Below are positions 41,061 to 49,601 of a stretch of 64,000 nucleotides of DNA, one piece after another. The notes below the pieces were generated by a model. That model saw only the letters and a list, made by a program, of their open reading frames with translations. It did no database searches and was not told the origin of the DNA. Position numbers and translations under genes: made by a program. Position 1 is the first letter of the stretch. The number at the start of each line of letters is the position of its first letter. Source of the stretch: Acidimicrobiales bacterium (lineage in GTDB: Bacteria; Actinomycetota; Acidimicrobiia; Acidimicrobiales; CAIXPF01); the NCBI GenBank assembly GCA_038255145.1, contig JBBSLP010000017.1:17153-81152 (forward strand), read 5' to 3'.

Positions 41061-42413
41061 ATGACCTCCATCAGGCGGGTGCCCGGACGTGTCCCGCCGG
41101 CGGCCCGGTTCCTGCCCACGCGGGTCTTCTACGGCTGGTACGTCGTCGCCGGGTGCCTGATCATGATGTGGGTCACCGTGGGGGTGGGCTACTACGGCCT
41201 GTCCATCTTCCTGCGTCCCCTGCAGGACGAGCACGACTGGTCCGCCGCCGTGGTGTCGGGAGCCACGGGCCTCTACTTCGCCGTGTCGGGGGTCTCCGCC
41301 TTCTTCGTCGGCCCCTTCATCGACCGCAAGGGCCCCCTCAAGGCCATGGCCCTGGGCATCGTCCTCACTGCGGCCAGCGCCGCCGCCGTGGGCTTCGTGC
41401 ACAGCGTCTGGCAGCTCTACCTGGCCTACGCGGTCATGGCCGGCGCCTTCGGCATGGGGGCCTCGGTGTCGGTGGGCTCGATCATGTCCAAGTGGTTCAT
41501 CCACCACCGGGCCAAGGCCATCTCGGCCTCCTCCACGGGGGTGTCCCTGGGCGGCGCCACCCTGGTGCCCCTGGGCACGTACCTGATCGAGCGGGGCGGG
41601 CTGCACCTGGGGGCGCCCGTGCTCGGCGCCCTGGTGGCGCTGGTGGCCCTGCCCGTCCTCTACCTGGTCATCTGCCCCGACCCTGCCGACATGGGCCTGC
41701 GGGCCGACGGGTACGGCGGTCCCGAGGGGGTGAGCCCGCGGCACCGCTCCCGGGTGCAGCTGTCGTCCCAGTACCGCCAGTGGACCCGGAGCCAGGCCTT
41801 CCACACGAGTTCGTTCTGGGCCATCCTCATCGGCTTCGCCCTGGCCCTGGCCACCCAGACCGCGGTGCTGATCCACCAGCTGTCGTTCCTGCAGGACCCC
41901 GACAAGCTGGGTTCGCGCTCCGCCGCGGCCCTGGCCGTGACCACGACCACCATCGGCTCCATCGTGGCTCGCCTGGTGGTGGGCCAGTTCTTCGCCGACA
42001 AGGCCGACAAGCGGGTCATGTCGGTGGTGCTGTTCTTCCTCCAGGCCGTGGCCGTGGCCCTCTACACCGTGGTCGGCGGCACCCTGGCCATCTACGCCGT
42101 GGCCCTGCTGTTCGGCTTCACCATCGGCAACGTCTACATGATGCAGTCGCTGCTGACGTCGGAGATCTTCGGCATGTTGTCCTTCGGCACCGTCTACGGC
42201 GTGGTCTCGCTGTCGGGCCAGATCGGTAGCGGCGTCGGGCTGGTGTTCATGGGCTGGGCCCACGACTGGAGCGGCGGCTACCGCATGCCCTTCCTGGTCC
42301 TGGCGGCCGGGAACGTCGTCGCCGCCGTGGCCATCGCCTTCGCCCGCCCTGTGACGGCCGACACCGCTAGCGTGAGGGCCAGCGCCGACGTGGGGGCACC
42401 TGTCGGCGGATAG
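41061..42413 (+). CDS. MFS transporter
   Basis: About 12 hydrophobic helices, FYGWYVV, motif A GPFIDRKG; starts 1 nt after the LLM stop. Confidence 0.9.
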   Translation: MTSIRRVPGRVPPAARFLPTRVFYGWYVVAGCLIMMWVTVGVGYYGLSIFLRPLQDEHDWSAAVVSGATGLYFAVSGVSAFFVGPFIDRKGPLKAMALGIVLTAASAAAVGFVHSVWQLYLAYAVMAGAFGMGASVSVGSIMSKWFIHHRAKAISASSTGVSLGGATLVPLGTYLIERGGLHLGAPVLGALVALVALPVLYLVICPDPADMGLRADGYGGPEGVSPRHRSRVQLSSQYRQWTRSQAFHTSSFWAILIGFALALATQTAVLIHQLSFLQDPDKLGSRSAAALAVTTTTIGSIVARLVVGQFFADKADKRVMSVVLFFLQAVAVALYTVVGGTLAIYAVALLFGFTIGNVYMMQSLLTSEIFGMLSFGTVYGVVSLSGQIGSGVGLVFMGWAHDWSGGYRMPFLVLAAGNVVAAVAIAFARPVTADTASVRASADVGAPVGG

Positions 42414-42421
42414 GGGGTGTC

Positions 42422-43393
42422 GTGATGACGCTTGTTCACGACCTGGCGGCGGCCGATGCGGCCAACCTGGAGTCGACGGACCTGGCGGGGATGGGTTCGG
42501 TCGACATTGACCAGGTCATCGCCTACGTGCACGTGGGCACGGCCAAGCTGCCGGGCTACCTGGAGCTGTACCGGCGCTACCTGCGCCAGCGCTGGGACGT
42601 CTACGACCTCGACTTCGAGCGGGACCGCAGTGACTGGGCGGCCATGGCGCCGGAGGCCAGGAGCACGTTCCTGGCCATCGCTTCGGGCTTCCACCACGGT
42701 GAGCGCCAGGTCGAGGTCGAGCTGGGCCCCTTGTTCATGGGCATCCCCGAGGACTACAAGATCTTCCTCACCTCGCACCTGGAGGACGAGGCCCGCCACA
42801 CGGTGTTCTTCGACCGCTTCTACCGCGAGGTGGTGGGCGTTCCCGGCGAGACCATCCTCGACGTGCTCGACGGCTCCTACCAGTGGATCTCCGAGACGTT
42901 CGTGGGTCCGTTCGGGCTGCTCAGCTACCTGACTGACCAGCTGCGCCGGGACCCCTACAACCCGACCCTGCTGATGCGCTACGCCACCACGTACATGCTG
43001 TGGATCGAAGGCGTGCTCGCTCTGTCGGTGATGAAGATCACCCTGGGCTACGCCCGGGACCAGAAGGTGCTGCCCGGCTACTACGCCGGGTTCACCGCCA
43101 CCTGCCGGGACGAGGCCCGCCACGTCCAGGGGGGCATGCGCTACATCCGTGAGCTGCTCGACCAGGACCCCCGCCTGGTGTCCGAGCTCCACGAGACGTT
43201 GCGCACCCTGCTGGCGCTGTCGTCGACGTCGTCGCGCTACGTGCTCTACGAGCCGCTGGGTTGGTCCGAGGACCAGGTGCGGCATCTGATCATGGAGCAG
43301 TTCACCAAGAAGATGACCATGATCGGCGTGGACGTGCCTCCCGACATCAAGGAGATGCTGGCCAAGATCGACCCCGTGCTGGCCGGGGGCTGA
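42422..43393 (+). CDS. R2-like ligand-binding oxidase (R2lox)-type ferritin-like di-metal protein
   Basis: W...LDF.RDR.DW, GERQV, EDEARH, TY...IEG.LA, DEARH; Phe at the radical-Tyr position. Confidence 0.75.
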   Translation: MMTLVHDLAAADAANLESTDLAGMGSVDIDQVIAYVHVGTAKLPGYLELYRRYLRQRWDVYDLDFERDRSDWAAMAPEARSTFLAIASGFHHGERQVEVELGPLFMGIPEDYKIFLTSHLEDEARHTVFFDRFYREVVGVPGETILDVLDGSYQWISETFVGPFGLLSYLTDQLRRDPYNPTLLMRYATTYMLWIEGVLALSVMKITLGYARDQKVLPGYYAGFTATCRDEARHVQGGMRYIRELLDQDPRLVSELHETLRTLLALSSTSSRYVLYEPLGWSEDQVRHLIMEQFTKKMTMIGVDVPPDIKEMLAKIDPVLAGG

Positions 43394-43397
43394 GGCC

Positions 43398-43889
43398 GTG
43401 TCCACCTCCGAGGTCACCGCGGACACCGCCGTTGCCGCCCTGTTCTCCCCGGCCTGGGCCCAGGCTGCCCTCGAGGCCGTCAACCGGGGGCCGTCGCCGG
43501 CGGCCCGGGCCAAGAAGATCGACCGCTACTGGTCGTGGATCGACGAGGTCCGTCCCCGCGTCAACGCGGTGTGGGGCCTGGCCGCCCGTGACCTGGAGGG
43601 GCCCAACTGCCTGCTGCTGACCATCGAGGCCGGGGTGGTGACGCGGGCCGAGGTCGTCGACCTGGACGACGGTCGGGCCCGGGCCACCTACCTGCAGGTG
43701 GGGGACGTCGACGCCTGGCGACAGTTGGCGAACGGTTATGACGTGGGCAAGGCCGTGATGTACCGACGACTGATGCTGGAGGAGGGCGACGTGCTCCTCT
43801 TCTTCCGCACCGCCTACTTCTGGACCGAGTCCCTGGCCGCCATCCAGGAGATCCCCGCTACGGCGCCGCCAGCGGCCGTCCCCGCCTGA
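43398..43889 (+). CDS. SCP2 sterol/lipid-binding-like protein
   Basis: LFSPAW...VN, G.V.AW.QL..G.D...AVM..RL.L..GD pattern of SCP2-like folds; 4 nt after the R2lox-like gene. Confidence 0.6.
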   Translation: MSTSEVTADTAVAALFSPAWAQAALEAVNRGPSPAARAKKIDRYWSWIDEVRPRVNAVWGLAARDLEGPNCLLLTIEAGVVTRAEVVDLDDGRARATYLQVGDVDAWRQLANGYDVGKAVMYRRLMLEEGDVLLFFRTAYFWTESLAAIQEIPATAPPAAVPA

Positions 43890-44079
43890 CCCCCGGTCCG
43901 GCAAGCTGGGGGGCGGGCCGCAATCGCTTCGGTGGCGGCCTCGGGCGTCGAATCGACGTCGAATCGATGACCGGGGGGCGTCGTAGAGGGCGGTTGCTGG
44001 CTGTCCCACCCTGACCGGCCTGTTCTCGGGAAGATCGTCGACCGCTGCGGTTGACGACGGACACGGGCCACACTGGGGC

Positions 44080-44997
44080 ATGGGTGTCGCGCCGCTGGTG
44101 TTGACCAGTGCCAGCGCCGGGGGGTCGGCGTGGGAGATGGCCACCCGGGCCGCCCACCCTGCCCTGGTGCCGTGGGTGGCGCGCTACTGCGGTTACGTCG
44201 AGCGCAGCGTGGCCCCGGTGCGCCGGCTGCAGGTGCCCAACGGCTCGATCGTCCTCATCATCAGCTTCGGCGACCCCATCCACGTGACCAACGGTCTGGC
44301 CGCCATCGGCGTAGGGACCGAGGGCGGCAGGACGGTGAAGGCCCGGGAGACGTCCTTCGTGGCCGGGATGAGCGACCAGCCCACGGTTACCGAGTTCGTC
44401 GGCCCTCAGGCCGGGGTGCAGCTCGACCTCACCCCGCTGGGGGCCCGCCGCCTGCTGGGCCTGCCCATGCGCGAGGTGGCCAACGAGATCGTGGGCCTCG
44501 ACGCCCTGGGCAGCCGTCGACTGGTCGGGCTGGCCGATCGGTTGGCCGACCGGCCCGACTGGTCCGCCCGCTTCGACCTGCTCGACGAGCTGCTGCTCAG
44601 CTGGGCCGCCGACGGTCCTGTCGTCGACCCTGCCGTGGCCTGGGCGTGGTCCCAGCTCGACCGACCCGACGCGCCCGCCACCGTGTCCTCCCTGGCCCGG
44701 GAGATCGGCTGGAGCCAGCGCCACTTCGTGGCCCGCTTCCGGGACCAGATCGGCCTGCCTCCCAAGCCCACGGCCCAGGTGTTGCGCTTCAACCGGGCCG
44801 TCACCCTGCTGGGCACGCCCCCTGGTCGCCCGGACGGTCGGCCCGTCAGCCTCTCCATCAGCGAGGTGGCGGCCCGCTGCGGCTACGCCGACCACAGCCA
44901 CCTGGTGCGAGAGTTCCGTCGCCTGGCCGGCTGCACCCCCTCGGCCTACCTGGCCTCGCAGCACCCCGAGCTCAACGGCGTGGTTGCCGGGAACTGA
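44080..44997 (+). CDS. AraC family transcriptional regulator
   Basis: Double HTH: LAREIGWSQRHF..RF..QIGLPPK and VAARCGYADHSHLVREFRRLAG.TP. Confidence 0.9.
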   Translation: MGVAPLVLTSASAGGSAWEMATRAAHPALVPWVARYCGYVERSVAPVRRLQVPNGSIVLIISFGDPIHVTNGLAAIGVGTEGGRTVKARETSFVAGMSDQPTVTEFVGPQAGVQLDLTPLGARRLLGLPMREVANEIVGLDALGSRRLVGLADRLADRPDWSARFDLLDELLLSWAADGPVVDPAVAWAWSQLDRPDAPATVSSLAREIGWSQRHFVARFRDQIGLPPKPTAQVLRFNRAVTLLGTPPGRPDGRPVSLSISEVAARCGYADHSHLVREFRRLAGCTPSAYLASQHPELNGVVAGN

Positions 44998-45082
44998 CCG
45001 CCAGCGCGGCGCCAGGGTCGGCCTCGGCCGTGGTCACGTTCGTCCAAGACCGAACGGCGGTGACGGTCGTACCGTCGCCGCC

Positions 45083-45499
45083 ATGGTCACCAACGCCGCC
45101 CCCAGCATCTACCCCACCCTGCGTTACGCCGACGCCCAGGGGGCCATCGCCTTCCTGGTCGACGCCTTCGGGTTCGGCCGCCAGGAGGTCATGGAGACCC
45201 CCGACGGCGCCGTCCAGCACGGCTTGCTGAGCTGGGGCAACGGCCTCATCATGGTGAGCTCGAAGTCGGGGACGGGGGAGCCGGGGCTCTTCGACCTGGG
45301 CCCGATGTGCCTGTACCTGGTCACGGAGGACCCCGACGCCGTGCACGACCGGGCCGTGGCCGCGGGAGCGGAGATCGTCATGGGCCTGGTCGACCAGGAC
45401 TACGGCTCCCGCGAGTTCGCCGCCCGCGACGCCGAGGGCTTCGTCTGGTGCTTCGGCACCTACCAGCCCGCCGTGACCACGGCCGCGGCCCCGGCCTGA
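45083..45499 (+). CDS. VOC/bleomycin-resistance family protein
   Basis: PTLRYADA..AI.FL..AFGF, DQDYGSREF..RD.EG..W.FGTY. Confidence 0.88.
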   Translation: MVTNAAPSIYPTLRYADAQGAIAFLVDAFGFGRQEVMETPDGAVQHGLLSWGNGLIMVSSKSGTGEPGLFDLGPMCLYLVTEDPDAVHDRAVAAGAEIVMGLVDQDYGSREFAARDAEGFVWCFGTYQPAVTTAAAPA

Positions 45500-45529
45500 T
45501 GGGGTGACGGCTGCGGCCAGCGGGCCCGC

Positions 45530-46726
45530 TCAGCCGATGGCGCCCGTGCGGTGCAGGGCGGCCAGCTGGCTGGCGTCGAGACCGAGGACCTCGGCCAGCA
45601 CCTCGTCGGTGTGCTGGCCCAGGGCGGGGCTGGGCACGAGCTCACGCTGGTCCGAACCCTCGTAGCGGATGGGGGAGCGGGGCAGGGTGACGCGGCCCAG
45701 CTCGGGGTGGTCGACCTCGACCAGGTAGCCCCGCTGGTGCAGGTGCTCGTCGACCAGCACCTCGGCCAGGTCACGCACGGGGGCGGCGGGCACGTGGTGG
45801 TCCCGGCACGACGCCCACACCTCGTCGCGGTCCAGGCCCACGGTCCACGCGGCCACGGCGGCGTCGACCTCCTCCATGCGGGCGGCCCGCCGGGTGTGGT
45901 CGGCGTAGCCGGGGTCCTCGGCCAGGTCGGGCCGGCCCATGGCCACGATCAGGTTGCGCCAGTGCTGCTCGGTGGTGCAGATGATGGCCACCCAGCCGTC
46001 TCTGGTCGGGTACACGTTGTACGGGGCCATGGCCAGGCCGCCATGGCGGTTGGCCGTCCGGCCCGGCCCCTCGCCTCCGCTGGCGTGGTGCTGGGCCAGG
46101 TTGGAGGCCAGGGCGGGGAACGCAGCCTCGAGCATGGACACCTCCACGACGCGCCCGCGCCCCGTGCGCTCCCGCTCGAACAGGGCGGTCATGATGCCCC
46201 CGTAGAGGTGGGCGCCGCCGAGGAAATCGCACACCGCGGGGCCGGCCTTGACCGGGGCGTGCTCGGGCCAGCCGGTCACGCTCATGAAGCCCGATCGGGC
46301 CTGCACGGTCAGGTCCATGGCCAGGTCGTCGCGGGAGGGACCGCTGCGGCCGTAGCCCGAGGCCGAGGCGTAGACCAGGCGGGGGTTGGCGGCCAGCAGC
46401 ACGTCGGGACCGATGCCCAGGCGGGTGGTGACCGTGGGCGCGTAGTTCTCCAGCAGCACGTCGCTGTGGCGGACGAGCTCGATCAGCAGGTCACGACCGG
46501 TCTCGGACTTGAGGTCGAGGACCAGGTCCCGCTTGGTCGAGTTGAGGATGGCCAGGGGCAGCGAGGCCCCCGCCACCTTGGCCCGGCGGCGCACGGGCTC
46601 CCCGTCGGGCGGTTCGATCTTGATCACGTCGGCCCCGGCCATGGCCATCAGGAAGCCGGCGTAGGGCCCCTGGTAGATCTGGCCGAGGTCGAGCACGCGG
46701 ATGCCGACCAGCGGTAGGTCCCCCAT
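45530..46726 (-). CDS. CaiB/BaiF family III CoA transferase
   Basis: GIRVLDL, GADVIKIEPP.G, ENYAP, SASGYG..GP, MDL..QA.SG, PALGQHT. Confidence 0.92.
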   Translation of the reverse strand: MGDLPLVGIRVLDLGQIYQGPYAGFLMAMAGADVIKIEPPDGEPVRRRAKVAGASLPLAILNSTKRDLVLDLKSETGRDLLIELVRHSDVLLENYAPTVTTRLGIGPDVLLAANPRLVYASASGYGRSGPSRDDLAMDLTVQARSGFMSVTGWPEHAPVKAGPAVCDFLGGAHLYGGIMTALFERERTGRGRVVEVSMLEAAFPALASNLAQHHASGGEGPGRTANRHGGLAMAPYNVYPTRDGWVAIICTTEQHWRNLIVAMGRPDLAEDPGYADHTRRAARMEEVDAAVAAWTVGLDRDEVWASCRDHHVPAAPVRDLAEVLVDEHLHQRGYLVEVDHPELGRVTLPRSPIRYEGSDQRELVPSPALGQHTDEVLAEVLGLDASQLAALHRTGAIG

Positions 46727-46786
46727 GGCCGGCAACCTAGTGGCCGGCGTCACCACCCGGGCCCGGCGGTGCTGGCTGGCCGATGC

Positions 46787-47245
46787 TCACTCCAGGGGGG
46801 CCGACGCGGCGCGATGACGCACGAAGCCCAGGTCGGCCCGGCGGTGGGCGAAGCGCCAGCCCTCGGCGGTGCGCACGAAGCGGTCGTGGTACTCACCCAC
46901 GAACTTGGGCAGCTCGACGGGGGCGGGACCGGTGCGGGGGCCCTCCTGGTCGTGGCGGTAGTTGACCAGGTAGCACAGGCTGGTGGCCTCCTCCGACGAG
47001 GTCACGTCGACGGCCACGTTGGTGCACAGGTGGCGCGACAGCCGCCGGGTCACACCCTGGCGGCGGCTGAAGCCGGCGAGGATCTGGGCCTTCCCGTCCA
47101 TGACCAGGTCGGCGGACTCCCACACACCGTCCTCGGTGAACAGCTCGGCGATGCCCGCGGCCTCGCCGAAGTCGACGAGGCGGCAGTACTCCACGATCAG
47201 CCGCTCGCACGCCCGTTCCGCCAGCAACCGCTCGAGGTCGTCCAT
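46787..47245 (-). CDS. SnoaL/NTF2-like protein
   Basis: Y...VD, LFTEDGVW, RHLCTN, Y.D.FVRT.EGWRF..R. Confidence 0.82.
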   Translation of the reverse strand: MDDLERLLAERACERLIVEYCRLVDFGEAAGIAELFTEDGVWESADLVMDGKAQILAGFSRRQGVTRRLSRHLCTNVAVDVTSSEEATSLCYLVNYRHDQEGPRTGPAPVELPKFVGEYHDRFVRTAEGWRFAHRRADLGFVRHRAASAPLE

Positions 47246-47467
47246 GGTTCCGGACCGTAGCCGGCGCGGCTGCGGTCACCGGCCCTGGGTCCGGGCGCGG
47301 CAACGGGGTGGAGGCTGCGGCTCCCATCGCCGCCTCCACCCCGTTGCCAGACCGGATCCCCAACGACCGGCGAAGACCAGAGGATGGACCTGGTGTGCGC
47401 GCCTGGCGTGACGGGATGGCTACGGTTCGATGCCCAGCCCGCCTTCGTGTCCGAGCGGATGGCGCGC

Positions 47468-49039
47468 TCAGCCCAGGCGGGCCCCGGCCACCAGGGTGAG
47501 GAAGTCGGGCAGGTCGTGGGACAGCGCCACCTGGCGGACGACCTCGGCGGCCACGGCCAGGCGCTCGGCGTCGAGCCCGTTGGCGGCCAGGGTGTCGAGC
47601 TCGGCCCGCAGCACGTCCTCGACCAGGGCCGAGGCGACCACGGTGCCGTCCTCCAGCACCACCCCGTGGCGCACCCACTGCCAGATCTGGCTGCGGGAGA
47701 TCTCGGCCGTGGCCGCGTCCTCCATGAGGTCGTTGATGGCCACCGCGCCCCGGCCCGCCAGCCACGCCTCGAGGTACTGCAGGGCCACGCTCACGTCGTT
47801 GACCAGGCCGGCCCGGGTGGTGGACGAGCCGGGGATGGCCGTGTCGAGCAGGGCGTCGACGTCGTCCTCGAGCTCGGGCACCCGGTCGAGCTGGTTGAGC
47901 CGGTCACCCAGGGTGGCGTCGAAGACCTCGGTGGCCACGGCCACCAGGTCGGGGTGGGCCACCCAGGTGCCGTCGTAGCCCAGGCCCGCCTCGCGCTCCT
48001 TGTCGGCCCGCACCGCAGCCAGGGCCCGCTCGGTGACGTCGGGGTCGCGGCGGTTGGGGATGAAGGCGGACATGCCGCCGATGGCGTGGGCCCCGTGGCG
48101 GTGGCACACGGCGACCAGGCGGCGGGCGTAGGCGGCCATGAAGGGCACGGCCATGGTGACCTGGGCCCGGTCGGGTAGCACGTGGTCGGCGTCGGCCCCG
48201 AACTTCTTGATGATGGAGAAGATGTAGTCCCACCGGCCCGCGTTCAGCCCCGTCGAACGGGTGCGCAGGGCGTAGAGGATCTCCTCCATCTGGTAGGCGG
48301 CCAGGATGGTCTCCACCAGCACCGTCGTGCGGATGGCCCCCGCCTCCAGACCCACCCGGGCCTCGATCTCGGTCAGCGCCTCGTGCCACCACGCCGCCTC
48401 GGTCCAGTGCTCGAGCTTGGGCAGGTACAGGTAGAGGCCGCTGCCCCGATCGGTGAGCCGCCCGGCCGAGTGCAGCGCGCACAGGGCCACGTCGAACAGC
48501 GAGCCCGACACCGGCCTGCCGTCAACGTGCACGTGGGCCTCCTCGAGGTGCAGGCCCCGGGGACGAACGATGAGGGTGGCCACCGACGGCGCCAGGCGGT
48601 CGACTGAGCCGTCAGGGCGTTCGAAGCTGATGGACAGGTCCGCGGCGTCACGCACGTTGCGCTGGCCCTCGAGCACGTTGGTCCACGTCGGGGACATGGA
48701 GTCCTCGAAGTCGGTCATGAACACCCGGGCGCCCGAGTTGAGGGCGGAGACCATCATCTTGCGGTCGGTGGGACCGGTGATCTCGCAGCGGCGGTCGACG
48801 AGGTCGGCGGGGGGTGCGGCCACCGTCCAGTCCCCGGCTCGGATCTCGGCCGTCTCCGGGAGCAGGGTGGGCCGCTCGCCGGCGTGGAAGCGGGCCGTGC
48901 GGGTCACCCGCTCGGCCAGCAGGGCCCGACGCCCGGGGCCGAAGGTCCGTTCGATGTGGGCCACGAGGTCGAGGGCCTCGGCGGTGAGGACATCGTCGTA
49001 GCCGTCGGCCCGGCCGATGATCTGCGCTGGTCCGGTCAT
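47468..49039 (-). CDS. aceB: Malate synthase A
   Basis: DRRCEITGP, ALNSGA, DFEDS, VRPRG, YLPKLE, GLNAGRWDYIFS, DGTWVAHP, LMEDAATAEISR.Q. Confidence 0.95.
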   Translation of the reverse strand: MTGPAQIIGRADGYDDVLTAEALDLVAHIERTFGPGRRALLAERVTRTARFHAGERPTLLPETAEIRAGDWTVAAPPADLVDRRCEITGPTDRKMMVSALNSGARVFMTDFEDSMSPTWTNVLEGQRNVRDAADLSISFERPDGSVDRLAPSVATLIVRPRGLHLEEAHVHVDGRPVSGSLFDVALCALHSAGRLTDRGSGLYLYLPKLEHWTEAAWWHEALTEIEARVGLEAGAIRTTVLVETILAAYQMEEILYALRTRSTGLNAGRWDYIFSIIKKFGADADHVLPDRAQVTMAVPFMAAYARRLVAVCHRHGAHAIGGMSAFIPNRRDPDVTERALAAVRADKEREAGLGYDGTWVAHPDLVAVATEVFDATLGDRLNQLDRVPELEDDVDALLDTAIPGSSTTRAGLVNDVSVALQYLEAWLAGRGAVAINDLMEDAATAEISRSQIWQWVRHGVVLEDGTVVASALVEDVLRAELDTLAANGLDAERLAVAAEVVRQVALSHDLPDFLTLVAGARLG

Positions 49040-49601
49040 GGGTGCCTCCGTGGCGTCTTCTCGTACATCGTCGGCCCTGCACGGTCGAGCATGGCCCACC
49101 GGGACCGGTCGGGGCACGCCCGCCGGGCCGGGCCCCCTGCGCTGGGTGCCTGTCCCCTCCACGGAGGTCGGTGCAGATGGGCGTGACACGGCCGGCCACA
49201 ACGCGGGGACCGTCGTCGGTGGCTCCGCCATTCGTGTGGAGAAAGGACACGTCGGTACCGACCCTCTGAGGTGACTCACCCTGCGGCGCGAGGTACTCGT
49301 TCACCGGCGCGTCGCGCTCGCGACGCTTGCCATCGAGCGGTCTGACCTCCACGTCCGGCCCTGCAGCGATGCGTGATCGTCGCGAACCCGAACGTTGCGT
49401 GAGGTCGCCGGCCCGACAATCAACCCTTACGTGACAAGAGGGTGATGGCGGTATGGCTGCTGTCCCAGTAGACCATTTGCGCTCTTGACAGCGTGAAGCA
49501 CGGTGCAGTGTTGGCGATAGGGTTGACCTCCACACCGGCTCTCGGACCTGGCGGACCGAGAGCCCGAGGAGCTTCGGGATGCGGGCGCAGGGAGGCACAG
49601 C

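Noticed and set aside
42422-43393. Ribonucleotide reductase beta subunit
   Set aside because: Lacks the radical Tyr, has no adjacent R1, and carries R2lox-type motifs.
49040-49601. Glycine riboswitch upstream of malate synthase
   Set aside because: The GGAGA...CCGAAG...CTCTCAGG aptamer pattern was not found on the minus strand.
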